A stretch of 64,000 nt of DNA from Candidatus Omnitrophota bacterium (GCA_021735655.1 JAIPGM010000001.1:128001-192000); one strand, 5' to 3'; positions 42,501 to 57,500 are shown, counted from the first letter of the stretch. Notes: generated by a model not told the origin, from the letters alone. Numbers and translations: made by a program.

Positions 42501-45500
42501 GATTATACTGTAGTTAGCGATCAAGAAACCGAAAACTTATTGCGAGCCTTAGCAAGACAAAAAGGGATGAATGAGTTCTTGCATTTAGTTCATCAATTAC
42601 CAGAAGAAAAATGGATAGGTAGGTTACCGGATAGTGACCAGTCGATGCCACTTGATAATGGTAAATTAATCAATGAAGGTTCAGAAAGTTCTTTTTCCGA
42701 TATAACTAATTCGATGCGGGTGACTTTTGTTATGCCGATGTACAATGAACAGCAACGCTTACTTCCCAAGACTTCTGATAATCCCTATGGTGAAGATGCT
42801 TTAAGGGTTAAAGTAAGTCAATTTAGAGAACTCGAGCAAGAAAATCCTAATTTCCAGTGGCGGCTAATTGCCGTAGATGACGGAACTCCCGGGTTTGCTT
42901 CAGCCAAATGCCTTGAGCAGATTTTGGCTGAGATTGATGCCCAGAATCGGGAATTTAATATCTATTCTAAAGTTTTCGTAGTGGTGATAACTGAACAAGA
43001 AAAGAAACTCCTAGGCAGCCGAAAGGGTGGAGCGGTTTTGCGTGGCTTTCAAGAGGCCCTAAGCCACGGTTGGGCTGATTATATCGGGATTACTGATACT
43101 GATATTTCCAGTAATGTTAACCAAACTAAAGATTTGATTTTGGCTCTTCGCAAAGGTGCTGGAGTAGCCATTGGTTCACGCCGCCAAAGCGGGGCCGAAG
43201 CTCGCGGCATACCGCTTTTAGGGAGAGTTAGCACAGTTATTTATAATTGGTGCATTCGTTTGATTTTGTGGCCGCTTTTTTCAATTCGTGATACCCAGCG
43301 CGGTTTTAAACTTTTTCAAAAAGAAGTAATTGTCAGAATATTACCCTATGCTCGCGATCACCATCTTTCTTTTGATACTGAACTGTTACTTTTGTCGCGT
43401 TTAGCCGGATACCAAATAGCTGAGGTGCCGATTGTCTGGATTGATTCAGCTGAGGCAACTACTTTGGTTATGTCTAAAGATGCTCCAGCGATGCTCTGGC
43501 GAGTGATTAAACAAGCCCGCCATATTTTTAATAATCCTTTTCGCGGCCAAAAGCCGCTCGATAACGGCCGAAAAATAAATCTATCAGTTAGAATGCTCAG
43601 AAAAGCTAGATTAATTACTGTTCATGTTGATGCTGGAGATTGTCCAGCCGCCTTAGCTAGCGCGATTGATAAATTAGTTTCGGGTTTAGGGCAAATCCAA
43701 GTAAGCCGTAGTAATATTGTCTTAAACACCGCCCATCAGAATAGCCCTATGGATATTGTTTCGTCGGTAGGCTCTCTCTCAACTGAACAGATAACAACTT
43801 TATTTCCTGAAGCTGTTTTTCTGATTGCTGGCGGCAATGTGTTTAAATGCTTAAGAAATCTAGTTGAGTCATTGGCTGTCGGCTCAGTGAACAAGCGAAC
43901 TGTTAGGATTTTTGTTCTTTACGATTATACCTATGGCCAAGGCTCTAATTATAGCCCTGAGCAATTAGCCGGTGAATATTATGATTATTTTAGCGATATG
44001 CTTTCAGTCTATAGTGATAGGTTTAATCTAGCTGTATTTTATCTTGCTCAGAATCAATTCGAGCAGGAAATTTACGGTAAAAATTTATCCGGGCCCAATT
44101 TATCTTTAGCAATTATTGAAAAAGAAGCTTTAGCTAGTCAAGTACCTTTAGATAATGGGCGTAGTCTTGGGGAGTTAACTGCCGAAGGCTACAACTTAAA
44201 GTTTCTAGCCCGCAGTTCTGATTTAAGAATGACTGCCCATTGCCGAAGAGATGTAAGTTTTAATAGTTATCTTTATGATTATCGCCTGGATCCAGAGCAT
44301 ACTTATCGTCAAGCCCAATTAGTTCCTTTAGTTGCTCGATCGGTTAAGGAAAATGCTTTTAGAAAGTCTTCTGATTGGCAATACTTGCCGCAGCATTTGA
44401 AAGATTTATACGATTCCGGTAAAGTTTTGATGATTGCTTCCCGAGCCCAAGCTAAAGCTAAGCCTAGCCGGTATTCAGCCTTAGTAATTTCTGGCAGGAC
44501 TGAGGCTTTTAGCGGCCGGATGGGTATTTTACTCTATGACAATCGGCCGATCATTGTTTCAATTTTAGATAAGCCTTTTTTCATTGAAGCTAAAGGAATC
44601 GGGGTTGCTCAAGGAGGTTTTAGCTCAGTGCATCGGCGCTCGGGCCATAGATATGAAGTTACCGGGGCTCAGCGTTGGCAAGCTTCCTTAAAAGAATTTA
44701 CCAGTTTAGAGCTTGAGCGAAAAATCAGCCGATTTTTTGGAACAGCTGATACCCCACGCGCCTTAGCGGCGATAGTCTATAAATATCCTCAAATGGATCA
44801 GTTAATTAGTGATAGCCTAACTAGCCAGGCTGAGCGAAGAGAAGCTAAAGAGCAGTTAGGCGATAGTTTAGGGATAATGTTGCGGCTTTCGCCTTCGAGC
44901 CGCCGCTTTGCTTATAATTTAGAACAGCGTCACATTAGAATGCTTGGTGAAGCTTCAGCCCGCCTGCTTTGTTCTTATCTTCCCCGAGTGCATACTTCGC
45001 CGCATTTTGAAAATCTTCTGGAGTGGGCCGAAGGCAGTGAATTCTCTTGGTCAGACTATGGAGATATTGAAGTGTTATTTGCTCAAAGTAGTTATCACTG
45101 GTCAAGGTCACTGATTAATGCCCGTCGGATATTAATGTCTTATTTGGAAACTAGTATTAGCTGGAATGTAAATTTATTAAAAAAACTGGGAATAATCGAA
45201 ACCGAAGCAGAATTTATCAGCGAATACCTAGCTGGCTTTGTTGCTTATGCTGAAACTTTAGACTGGATAACTCCTGAGGCAATCGAACGTTTAGCCCGAG
45301 TCCGCTCGCCTAAGGAGTTTGTTGACGTAATGATTTTTGAAGTATTCGCTTTAAATGCTTACAACGTGTTTAAAAAACAAACTTATGAAACTATAGTTGA
45401 AGTTAATCAGAATAATTTAGTAGAAGAACTTTTAAGCTCGGCTTTAACTATTGCCCAGCGGCAAGAGAAAGCTCAACTTGTTGCTGAGTTAAGTGGACAT

Positions 45501-48500
45501 ATTGAAGCAGCTAAACAAGGAGAGGCTTTTTTAGGTTGTCGAATAAAAAAATCTCAAGCTAATCAAGGGGTGCTTACGCCGGTAGCTCAGCCGGTTAAAA
45601 ATAGTTCTTGGGCTAATCCCTTTTTTGATCAATTCGCTTATGATTTATGGCATGCGCTACTTTTTGATGATCATAACCTTTATGATTATGTTCAGGCTAA
45701 ATGGGATTATACTGTTGGTGAAGAAGGGGCTTTTAACGTGGCCGGATTTTATCTGCTTGATGCTCATTATCTTGGGTTGTTGCGTTCGCGCACCAGCATG
45801 CATAATATACCGGAAAAATTATATATGTGTTCAGCTGGATATGAAATGACTGCTAATATCAACAAATTATTGACTGCGATTAATCGAGTTAGTTTGTGCC
45901 CTCAGGAAAATACCTTGGTGCGTTCAACCGTACGTAACACCTTACAACATGCGATTTCCCAGCGCCTAAGTAAGTGGCGCCTGGCTCGGGCTTTAATATT
46001 AGTCGTTGAATCTAACGGCGAAGTTCTTGCCGGAGACGACAGCACTTATGTTTATATTATGGATTCTGGTCCGGGCATGCCGATTGATGCGGTAATGCAA
46101 GGCGATTGGCGAAGACATAGTACGATGTTTGGTACGGATTTAAAAGGTTTTCGTGAATATAGGGACGTTGAATGGATTCTTGATTCTTGGTCAAGCAAAG
46201 CCGGCGGACCGCAACGTTGGGATGGTCTAAGAGGGGGGCTGGTTGAGGGAGCTTTAGTACCGGACAACATGCCTTTATTTGGTACTTTATTCGGTATGCG
46301 GCTTAAGCATGGCTTAGAATCGAGTAGCAAACCTTTAGACAACGGTAGAGATTCTCGGTCAAAAGGACAAAATCTTGGTAGTTTAGGAACGGCTAATAAG
46401 GCCCCTCCGGTAAAAACTTACAATGTCGAGAGTCCTTTTAATCGGTTTTCGCTGCGCCTTTTAGATTTAATTCTAACCTTATCTTTCTTGCCTCTGATTA
46501 TTCTAGCTAGCCTACCCATAGCTATATTTGTTAAATATCAGATTTTTAAACACAAGACTGGACAGTCAGTTATTTTTAAAGAGCAGAGATTCGGCTATAA
46601 GGGTAAACCGTTTATCATGTATAAATTTCGTACTTATATCGGCGATAAAGATAATCCTAAGGCAGTTTTACTGAGCTTGCGTTGTTTGGGGCTAGATGAG
46701 TTACCGCAGTGGTGGAATATCTTAAAGGGCGATCTTTCAATTTGGGGAGTGCGCCCTAAGTTACAAGATGATCCCAGCTCTGACAGTGATTTCCAAGCAC
46801 ACCTGGATCAGATCAATGATTTACGCAAGCCGGGAATAATTAGTTTAGCTACGGCTGATGTGCACGCTGAGATGGAGCATGTTTCTTTTTCAGCCGAGCA
46901 TCGCGATCGTCAGATCGCCTTTGATCTTTATGAAGCAGAGTATTGGTCATTCTTTTTAGCTTTTAAAATTGTTGTTTTGAATATCTTTGCTCAATTTAAA
47001 GAAGCAGCCAGGATTGTATTCCGAAATAAAATTTTAGTTATTGTTGCCGTGCATATTCCGCAAGCCGAGCAGCCAAAAGCCGGCCCAATTTTAAATATTT
47101 TAGAATACTTAAGCCAAAGATTCCCTTCGAAATATTATAGTGTCTTTGTTGGTTTTCCGGATTCAGGAAATCCCAATTTAAATTTAGATTTAGCTATTCC
47201 TCAAGGCTTAACCATTGGCTTAGGTGAAGGCGATGAATACAACATAGTTAATTCTCAAGGCCTTAAACTTAAATTTAGCTGGCAGTTTGAGGGGCCAGAC
47301 GATTTAAGCCAAAGAACTTTAAAAATTGGACGCCACAAGTTATTAATGCCATTGTGCGCTGAAAGTTCTCTTCCGGTATTTTCCGGAGCTAAGAAAAAAA
47401 TTCCCCATAAGGCTATCTTCATTCCCTTTATTGCTTTTCGTCCATGTATTGTTACCTGTATGAATGATTTAATATTTCTCAATCTTCCGATAATTGGATT
47501 AGATACCGCTAATGGCATATTTTTGTTTGTTCCCGGCTCAACCCAGATTGATATAGTCGGTACAAACAAGCTTCTGGCCGTAGCAATTAATCATTCCGGC
47601 AGGGTGATGGGCAGTTCATTTAAAGATTTGGACCAAGTCGTTCCTTTAGATAATGGACGTCAAACCATTTCCCACTTCCGAAGTGGGGAAGGTCAGAGCC
47701 GGACCGGCCCGACATCCCGTAATTTCCCCCTGGATAACGGCGGCCGGAATAATGAAGCTATCGAAAACAATCGGTTTTCATTCGCTAATCGTCTAGGAAA
47801 AGTTTTAGTTGCTACTGTTATCGGTGGAATTTCTTTAGGGTTATTGTATTTATTCGGCGGCCTTGATTGGTATACAAATATAAAAAATAGTATTCCTTTA
47901 GGGGCAGTGATTTTCTGGCCGGGGGCTTTCCTGGATATGGTTACCGGTGTTTTGATCTGGTTAATTTCCGATATCGTCGGTCAATATCTTAATCAGGGTA
48001 GAAGCATTCGCTATCGGCAAAGTTTTAAAGTTGGTGCTTGGGGAGTATTTCAAGGGTTGGCTACTCACATTTTGTATAATTTAGTTGAACTGCTTCCGGT
48101 TGTGCCTTTACCTTTAGCGCAAGCAATGTTTCGAACTATTTTTACTCTTTTTGGCGGACTGACTATTAACATTTTCTATACCGTGGTTGTAGCCCGGGCT
48201 CGTAAAGCATCTAAGGCTGAAGGTTATAGCGGCCTAAAGGAGCGCCACAAGGCTTATGATGTTATTTTTAGTAAGTTTATCGTCGCCCCAATCAAAACTT
48301 ATTTTATAGTTAATCTATTACCTCCGGCAACGCGGGTTATTAGCGAGCAGGCTTGGGAATACTTAATGAAAGTTTTTGATGCTTATTTGATGAACCGTAA
48401 AGATTCACTTTTTTCTAGTTATATTCTAAATTTATTATCTAGAAAAAAACCTTTAGATAACGGCCGCTCCGGGCAGTCGGATGATCAAATAACTTTGGTT

Positions 48501-51500
48501 TCTGATAATCTGGTTGACTCATTTAGAAATGTTAGACAAAGGCTGGTAGTAACTGTTAGGCGCGCACAGATGTCTAGATTGGATTTTAAGCCGGGGATAG
48601 TGTCACTTCAGAATATGAGCCCAAAGGTAGATTATTTCTGCCTTTCTTCAATATCTGAACGCCAAGAAGATATCCAAGCCTATAGGCAAGTTCCTTTAGT
48701 ACAGGATGGTGCTAGTTTTGGAGAAAGTTACAGTGAAAAATATCTTATTGCTCAGGAACCGGATACCTTAGTTTTAGTTGAGGGTGATGAAGGGTTGATT
48801 GCCAGTTTTGATTATTCGCTTTGTGGTTGTCTAGTCATTCGGGCTAGAAATCTTTTTGGCATGGCCCACTTAAGTCCATTTATAGATTTTTCGGATGAAG
48901 AGATGGAAATTGAAAATGATCGGATTTATTATAAATATTTATCAGTTTTAGATTATTTCAAATTACAGGGATATAAAGATGTTCAAATTTTTCTCAGTTT
49001 GAATGAGCTGCTTCAGGGATTTAAAACTTTAAAAGCTAGGCTTTGGTCGGCTGGTGATAGCGATGCGACTAATCGTCAGAGAGTGGTAGATCTTCTTGGG
49101 ATTGAGGCTAGGCAACGCGGCATAGCTGTTGTTGATCGCCGCCTTCGACAAAAGTCTGAGGTTCTAGATGTCCTGGGTTTTCCGAGAAAAATGATTAGCC
49201 GTCAATGGCTTAATCGCGGCACAAAACCCGAAAGTTTTGAAATAATATTTATTGAGACTAGAGATGAGTTGCCAGTAGCCATAAACTCAGAGACTCAACA
49301 ACCCGAGATTGAATACTTTCAATTCGCTTGGCCTGTTGTGATACCTCTCGATAATGGCCGCCGGAAACTACCAAATGATGACTGGATTTGGGTTAATGGA
49401 GAGAGTTTGCAATTTGTTGGCCGGGACGGTTTATTGATAACAGGAATGGAGGGCCGGGGTAAAAGTTTTTTGGCCAGAAAAATATACGATAGCGATGATA
49501 GATGGAAAGTCGTATCCTGCGGAGCTACTCATGTATGTATAAGGAATGAATTAGCAGAAAGAGCGCTTTTAGGCAGACGTTTATCCGAAAATAATCTTTT
49601 ATATTCCCGGCTGTCAGGAACAATCCCGGTAGAACTATCGTTAGATGTAGTTGTTAGGTTGAACTGGGTTATGGCCTTAGACGATCTATACCGAGAAATT
49701 TTAGGGGGATTGTTGGCCGATGCCGGGCAAAGAGAGTCTTTGGGCCTCAAAATTATAGATATGAGCGATCTAGACGTAACTCGGCAATGGCCGAAAGTGT
49801 TGAAGTTCATCAATGCGTCTATTGTGAAACCAGAGACTTACGATAAAGGAAATAGTTTATTTCAAGTCCCTCTTGATAATGGTAGACGAGCTCAAGTTGA
49901 ACAGGAACGGGAATTTTTGATCCAGACAATCATAAATGTTTTTAGCCAAGGTGAAGGATTATGCCTGGAGCCGGCGCAGATAGAGGCAGCTATTGCTGTA
50001 GATACATCATTTGATGAATACAGGATAGCTAGAAACTTGCCGATAGTTATTGGCCTAAAGGGTAATATTTATGAAAATTGTCCTTTGGCTAGCAAGCCTC
50101 TTCTTCTTGTGTTTACCGGCAGAGGAAGCATAACTAAACCAGAGCTTATCTTCAATGCCTACACCCAGCAAGGTTTAGTCAGAGAAGCAAGCCGTTTAAG
50201 TCGTTCGATGGAAACTAAAAATGCAATTTGGGAGATACCTTATCATGGCAAGAAGACGGCTTTCATATTGGAAGATAAAAATAACTGGATTGCTTTGGCG
50301 GCAGTTTATGGTCCTGAAGATATTTACCAACAAGGACTATTGATCTGTAAGGGTGGAGATAGGATAACCAGGTTAGGTACAGAAATTTCTCAAGCCGCTG
50401 GTGAGGCAGATGAGGAAGCTATATTTTCTGATTATTCCCGGGCCTTAGTGGTTGCTCGTCTTTTAGGATTTTCTATCCTTGATGGTCCAGATATGATGCG
50501 CCGGGTTAACCGGCGGATGAGCGCTATGATCGCGGCAGCAAAAGAGACTGTGGCCGATATCAATGAGTTTGCTAAGGCATACCCTGGTTATGAGGCTGTT
50601 GATACACATCACATACTTAAACCTACTACCAGTAATCCGGTGGAAGAGGGAGGTTTCCCGCACACTGAATGGATGGTGACTAGTCGAGGGGTTGTTCAGG
50701 GGACGGTTACTGCTTTGCGTTGGCTTAGACAGGTTCTTGACGTTGGAGAGAATAGGTACCCTGAGGAAGTGGTAAGATTTGTTAAAAATTTGAATATATT
50801 TGGAAGTCCGATGAGCTATATTGTCCAAGGCTTTGGTGATGTTGGCAGCGGCATCACTAAGCTTTTTTTGACTATTTTTAAGATTTTTGGGTTTCAGGCC
50901 AGGGGTTTTAATAACCGTTACTTTGCAATTTATCGCCGCGAAGGATTACCTAAACCATTTTTAGTTGAGGCGCGGGAGATCGTTGAAGTTTCTCCTGATG
51001 CTTTAGATCTAGGGAGATTACTGGCAATGAAGAGTTTTGATGACCAATTACAGGGGGCGGTGGTTTGGATAGCTAATCCAATTAACCCGAAAACTAAAGA
51101 GCCAGTATTTGGTCCTGCTGATGTGGACAGAGTAAATCAAGCTCTTGCTGAAAGAGGTGTTACTGCTATTTGGGGTGATCAGACAGTAGTAAATGAACTA
51201 ATTTATCAAAAGGCAACCGTGCTTTTTCTGGCTGCAACCGCTAATGTTATTAGTGAACTTTCTCAGGTTGAAAGATTGCAGGTTAAGATTATTTCTGAGG
51301 GAGCTAATAATGCAGTTAAACCTGAGTTAAGAGAGCCTTTAAGAAAAGCTAATGTATTTTATATTCCTGGTGAGCTTCTTAACGGCGGGGGCATATATGC
51401 TTCTAAGGAAGATATTCGGCATAACCATACCGATGGATCAGAATTAATAAGGCAACATCGGCAATACTATTATATACATGTAACTGATGAGATCGACACA

Positions 51501-54500
51501 TTGGCTCTTCACCGAATGATTTCTTTCCTTGAGATTTGGGCTGAGTCAGCAGGAAATTTTTCTTTTGATTTAACCGTCCATGTAGAAAAAGTTGCCGGCC
51601 GGATTTTTGAAGCAGCTGATAATTTGGTAAGAACCAATAATACACGTTTGAGAAAATTTACCCAAATTGATCAAAAGAGAACCTTTGATCATCAAGCCGG
51701 CCGGCCGACTTTGCCTTGGCGTCATAGTCTTTATGAAATTGCCATTGAAATGGCACCAATGGGAATACTTTATCATTTGCGGGATGTCGGTAGACACTTA
51801 TCTTTACTTAATAGATTTAAGGTTGCAATAAAGGAAGATGGTCAGATAGATAATTATCATATATGTCGTCTGCGTTTTGCTTTATTTGAGTTGACCAAGC
51901 TAGGCTATTATTTAAAAAGTAACCAGCGCAGAAGGTTAATCGGCCTTCTTCCTGGAATAATTACCGATGAAAAGTGTGATGGCCTATTAAGGAAAGATGC
52001 CATGTTTTGTTTGGCAATGGCAATTAGGTGGCAGGAAGAAGAATCCTGTAAATCTGAGGTAGATCGGGCAAGAAAATTATATTTAGGCATATTACAAAAT
52101 CCCCTTGAAAGTGCTCAGCTGCATACCTGGGCTCAGCATTGTCTCTATAGGATTTTCGGAGAAAATTACTTCCGGCGGATAAGCGCTGATTTTGATCGCT
52201 TAAACGGAGTTAACTTACCCAAGCCGCTTGATAACGGTCGGGATAGTTCGGTCGGGATTACCTCAGAACCGTTAAGAATTTTAGCCGAGCTAATTTCGAA
52301 TAGTTATCGGACTAAGGCTTTAGTAGAATTTTTGCAGCCTTTCTTAGATTGTGAATCTGTTAATTATTTACAAGAAGAGATAGCAAAGCATTGCCAGCTA
52401 CCGGCCTGGGGTGTTGTTTCTTCTAGCCATTATCTTGATGAAGGGTATTTCTATTATGGTTTAAAATCCGGTATTGATCGCTGTCTCGAAAGAGGAGTTA
52501 TGGTTGAGAATGACGGTAACAGATTATACGTTACTAAAGATTCAGAGGATACCGTAAAATATAGCGGCCTTGACGAAACTCAAGAAAACCAGTGGGGAAT
52601 TTTTATTTTTCCAAGCGAGTATTTCAATCAGGCTATCAATTGCGGTTATGCCGAGGCCGGCTTAAGGCTTTCACATAACCGCTTAGGCATAACTACTTAT
52701 CCATACTTCAAAAGTTCTTTATCGCTTGCGCCGGCACGCTTTCTGATAATTGATAGATCTAAGGCAGATGAACATAGGCACCTGGAAGGCCAGCCGAAGC
52801 TAAAAGATAAACTTCAAGCCTTGACCGAAGCAGGATTGAAGGTTCTATGGTTGCCGGATTCTTCCGGCCCATTCTTTGACCCTGATTTCCAATATGCTTT
52901 CGGGGAGTTGTTGTTTAGTAATGATATTCCGGAAACCAATCGCTTTCTTTTTTATCCGTCCGCAGATACTCAAGATCTTACAAAAATCATCTGGTGGGTT
53001 TTACAGTCGTTAAGAATGAGTAGTATAAAAAATCGGCTATTACATAATATGGAGTTAGCTCGGCAATTTAAAAAAATCGGCCCCTTTGATAATGGGCGAG
53101 CTGATTTTACAACAGCAGACGAACAGATCGGTAATCTTTTTGCTGAGGCAGTTATTACAGGAGATAATGTTTTAATTGAGACTCATTGGGATGCTGTAGC
53201 GGCTAAGAGAGGCGGCAGTTTGAATATTTTAGAACATGCTGGCTTAAGGATTACAAGAAGTTTAGCTTTAGGAATTGTACCGCGGGCTGGTGAATGGCCG
53301 GATAGGGTTGAAACCGATCAAATCATTCTGAGTTCATCTCGCTATGGTTGGATCGATTCTGAAAGAGATATTGAGCATTTGTTAAGCGGCTTTGATCAAG
53401 CCAGATTGCTTAATTCGTTTAATCTTGGCCATTATTATCAGGGTTGTCACTATCGAAGTTTCCTAAGCTGGCTAGCGGTTTTAAAGAGTAGTCATTTCCC
53501 GGCAGTTATTTTTCATTTCATAGGTGAGCTAATTAATTCTTGGGGTATTAAGCCAGCTGCTAAGAGTGATTTTCCAGTTTTGGCCAGTCGAAGGGATATC
53601 TTTTCTTTCGTTAGCGTGCCTTATGTTTCAGATATAGAAAAATTAGATTTGCCAGTTGCAGTGTTTTTTGATGGTAAGCTTAGTTCGCTTAGGCGTGGCG
53701 ATAGCCGGAAACAGCCAACTTTAATATTAGCTTATTGGCAAGCTTTGAATGGTTTTATTGGTTTTAAAGAACAGATAGCTAGGGAAACAGCAGAATTTCA
53801 GAATACCCCTTTAGATAATGGCCGCAAAGAGCATGACATCTCTGATAGTACGGTAATCCAATGGCCGCTTAATGTAATTGTTAAAGATATGCGCGGTTTA
53901 TCCAAAGGCGAGATATTAGCTGTTGTTAAAACCGGTAAAATATTTTGGGGAAGGGAAATAGTAGGAGCTATTTTTTCTGACCGCAATATTGTTTTTGGTA
54001 AAGTGGTCGATGATAAGTTTATAGTATTTGATGATTGGTTAATTGAAAGAATTCCTGGAGGATTGTTAGAGGGGTTGCGGAGAAGCATTTTATTTTTGCC
54101 TTATTTAGGAAGTATTTTAAGAAACAAGACATCGTCAATAAATAAACCCCTGGATAATGGCAAGAAATATAATTATCGGCAAGTCCTAGAGATGGTTGAC
54201 TGTTTTGATAGTGCAAGGTTAGAGGCTCACTTATTTAGAGCTCTTGGCAGAGTTGAGACTGAAGCCGTATCTATAGCTGGTGATATTATTAGGGCGGCTA
54301 GAAAATTTGAACGGATAACTAAAGCAGTAAAATCTCTTTATAGGAAAACTTACGGCAAGCTACCTAATTTTACTCTTGCTTTCGATCCTTCCGGTCAAGG
54401 TATGTATGGGGCGTATCAGGAGGATGATACAGCCGGATTTTTTGATCATATTGGCGTAGCTCCAGAAGATGTGCTGCTTGAGGTAGGCAGCGGCGATGGA

Positions 54501-57500
54501 AGCATTTCGGATTTCATGGCCCATATGTTTGGGATTAAGGCAACTGGGATTGAGGTTTGGGAGCCATATTATCATTACGCAGTTTTCTTAAGAGATGAAG
54601 CAGTAAGAAGAAGATTCATTCCAGAAGGTAAAGTAGATTTTTTAAATAATAATTTAGTAGATGTTGATTTTTCAAAGTATTCTTTAGTGTACTACGCTGC
54701 TCTTGGCACAAGAAGAAAAAGTGAGCTGGCTGCTAGATTGCTTGGGGTAAGAGAAAAATCCAGGATATTAATTCGGGGTTCACCTGATGAGTTAGTGGAA
54801 GGGATTATCGCATCACATCCTGATTTTAGCTTAAGGAAGCTTGAGATAGAAGTTAATGAAAACCTTACTGGAATTAAGGCAAGGGTTTATACTCGAGAGA
54901 CAATTACCAGTTACCAGCCGGTTCTCGACGTTCCTCTAGATAATGGCCGAAAAAATAACCCTCAGATGGTCAGAGCGCGCTTAGCCGCATTTGAAAAATC
55001 AATCGAGGGCATCGTGCCTAGGGCAGATCCGCTTTATGACCATTTAATTCGTTTTTATCAATATCCTTTGAATAATTTGGGTGAACCTGACGAAGAGACC
55101 TATGTAAGGAATAATACCAAGGAGCAGGAGCGGGAGCTTCTTAGATTCTGGGCCGGCCATTTCGGCCTTCCTAAAAATTACGGCGGTCATGTGACTATCG
55201 GAATCGGTCAGGCTGAATATTATGCCATGTACGTGGCTAGCAATCGATTTCCCAAGGCTATATTTTATATTTCTAATCAGGTCGATAGCCTTCTTTATGA
55301 TACTTTACAGGTGTTGGGCATTGATCAAGGAAGAATAAAGTTAATTAGGTCTTTAGAGAATGGCGAGATCGACTATGGTGATTTAAAGAGAAAGATTAGG
55401 GAGAATTCATCATGGCCGGCGGTGGTCTGCTTGACTGCTGGCAGATTCCTGGGGGCGGTTGATGATTTAGGAAAAGTGGAAGGAATTTTAGGGAGCCTGG
55501 GCCTAAAGCATAAACATATTCATTGCAGCATGTCACCGTTAAGTATAGGCCAGTCGTTTTTGGAAGATGCGGCAAAGATAGATTTTCAACATGGCTTAGA
55601 TAGCATGAGTCTACCGTTGTATCATTTTGTAAGGTGTCCGATGCCAGGAGTCATCGTTCTTACCAGAAGGAAATACCTTCAGAACATTGCTTGTAGTCAA
55701 AAAGCAGCTGAGTATGTTAACTCTAACGACACCACTAATTCTGGATCACGTAGTGGTCATGCTCCGCTTTATCTTTGGTTTGCTACAAAAGTTATTGGGA
55801 CTAAAGGATTTAAGGCTCAGGCTGAGCGGGCCAGGGAAGTTTGTGTTTCTATTAAAGCTCTATTTGACCGTTACGGTTATCCTTGCCGGTTCACCGCGCA
55901 AAAAAATACAATAATCTTTGAGCCACCATTTTATGAGTTGCGTCAAAAATGGGGCTTATTATCACACGGGCAATGGTCCTGTTTTGAGATTGTACCTTAT
56001 TTGACCCCGGTTGAGATAGCCGAATTTGTAAGTGATCTTTTAGGTGATCATTCTCAAGCGGTAGCCGCCCCGGTAGAAACCGTATTTCCGGAACGGATTG
56101 TCTATGAACCGTCTCCGGAAGTCTTAGATGTTTTGGATCAATTAGAAGCAAGGATCCAAATTTTGATGGAAAGATTTTTAGGATTTCCGGCAAATATCGC
56201 CGGCAATGAGACATCTTTTGCTGCCTTGAGCAGCTTGTTTAAATACACCTTGAGAAAAAAGGATGTGGAAGGTTTTCGACACGAAGCCTTGAAATTTTTT
56301 ACTGATCTTTACGGTTTAAGGTACGAAGATTTTTACTGCGGCATAACTGCTGGAGGAACCTGGGGAAATCGGGTTGGCCTATTAGTTGGCCGGGAAAATT
56401 TTCCCGGCGGGATACTTTATTACAGTCAGGATTCGCACTACTCGATTGATAAAGTGGCCAGGAGCCTTAACATGGAAGTAAGAAAGGTCGCCTCTTTGTC
56501 TAACGGCCAAATTGATTATGATGAATTAGCCGAAGCCATAGAGGAAAATCGTGGCCGCCCGGTAATTGTAAATCTTAACATCGGCACAACTATGAAAGGC
56601 GCTATCGATAATCCCCAAAGAGTTATTGAAATATTAAGAGAACAGGATGTTACTGATTACTATATCCATTGTGATGCCGCGCTTTTTGGTATGATTTTAC
56701 CGTTTCTCGAGGCTGCGCCAAAAATTGATCTGGCTAACGGCGTCCATAGTATTGCCATATCCGGACATAAATTTCTCGGCCTACCGATGCCTTCGGGCAT
56801 ATTCATGGTTCGGAAAAATTGTGCTAGGGATAGATTGATAACTATTTCGGATCGATTATTGACTGCCCAAACTGGCCATGTCATTTTGTATTTTTGGCAG
56901 GCTGTTGCTAGCCGAGGGTATGAGGGTTGCAGAGAAGAAGCTATGGCTTGTGTGGATAATGCCCAATATCTTTATTACAGATTACAGGAAAGGGGATTGC
57001 CTTCGGAGGTAAACCCTTTTTCCAATATAACAATGTTTTCCCGGCCATCGGGTAGCCTAATTGACACTTGGCAGTTAGCGCCTTGCGGGGACCGCGTCCA
57101 CGTAGTGGCCATGCAGCATGTTACCAGAGATAAGATTGATGCTTTTGTCCAAGAGTTAACTAGGGATATGCAGCAAGGGCAGATAGAACTAGCTAGTTCT
57201 ATGCAGCCTCTTGATAATGGTAGACGGCGCAAAGCATCGCTAGTGCCAGAGGTAGGCCTTGATGAATTAGTTGAAAAACATTTAGGAAACTTGAAGTTGA
57301 TATCTTCTGAGTATGGAAAAAGCGTAGGCATGTTATCTACTATTTTAAGACGACCAGACAATGAGAGCCTTCAACAAAGAGCAGAGGAGTTGAGGAAGAT
57401 TGGTCCTGGCCGTCTGGCCTTAGCAGCTGACTTAGGCGAATTCGGAGTAGATAGTTTGAAAATTGGTCAGAAGTATGGCGTTGGCCGAAGAACAGCGGCT

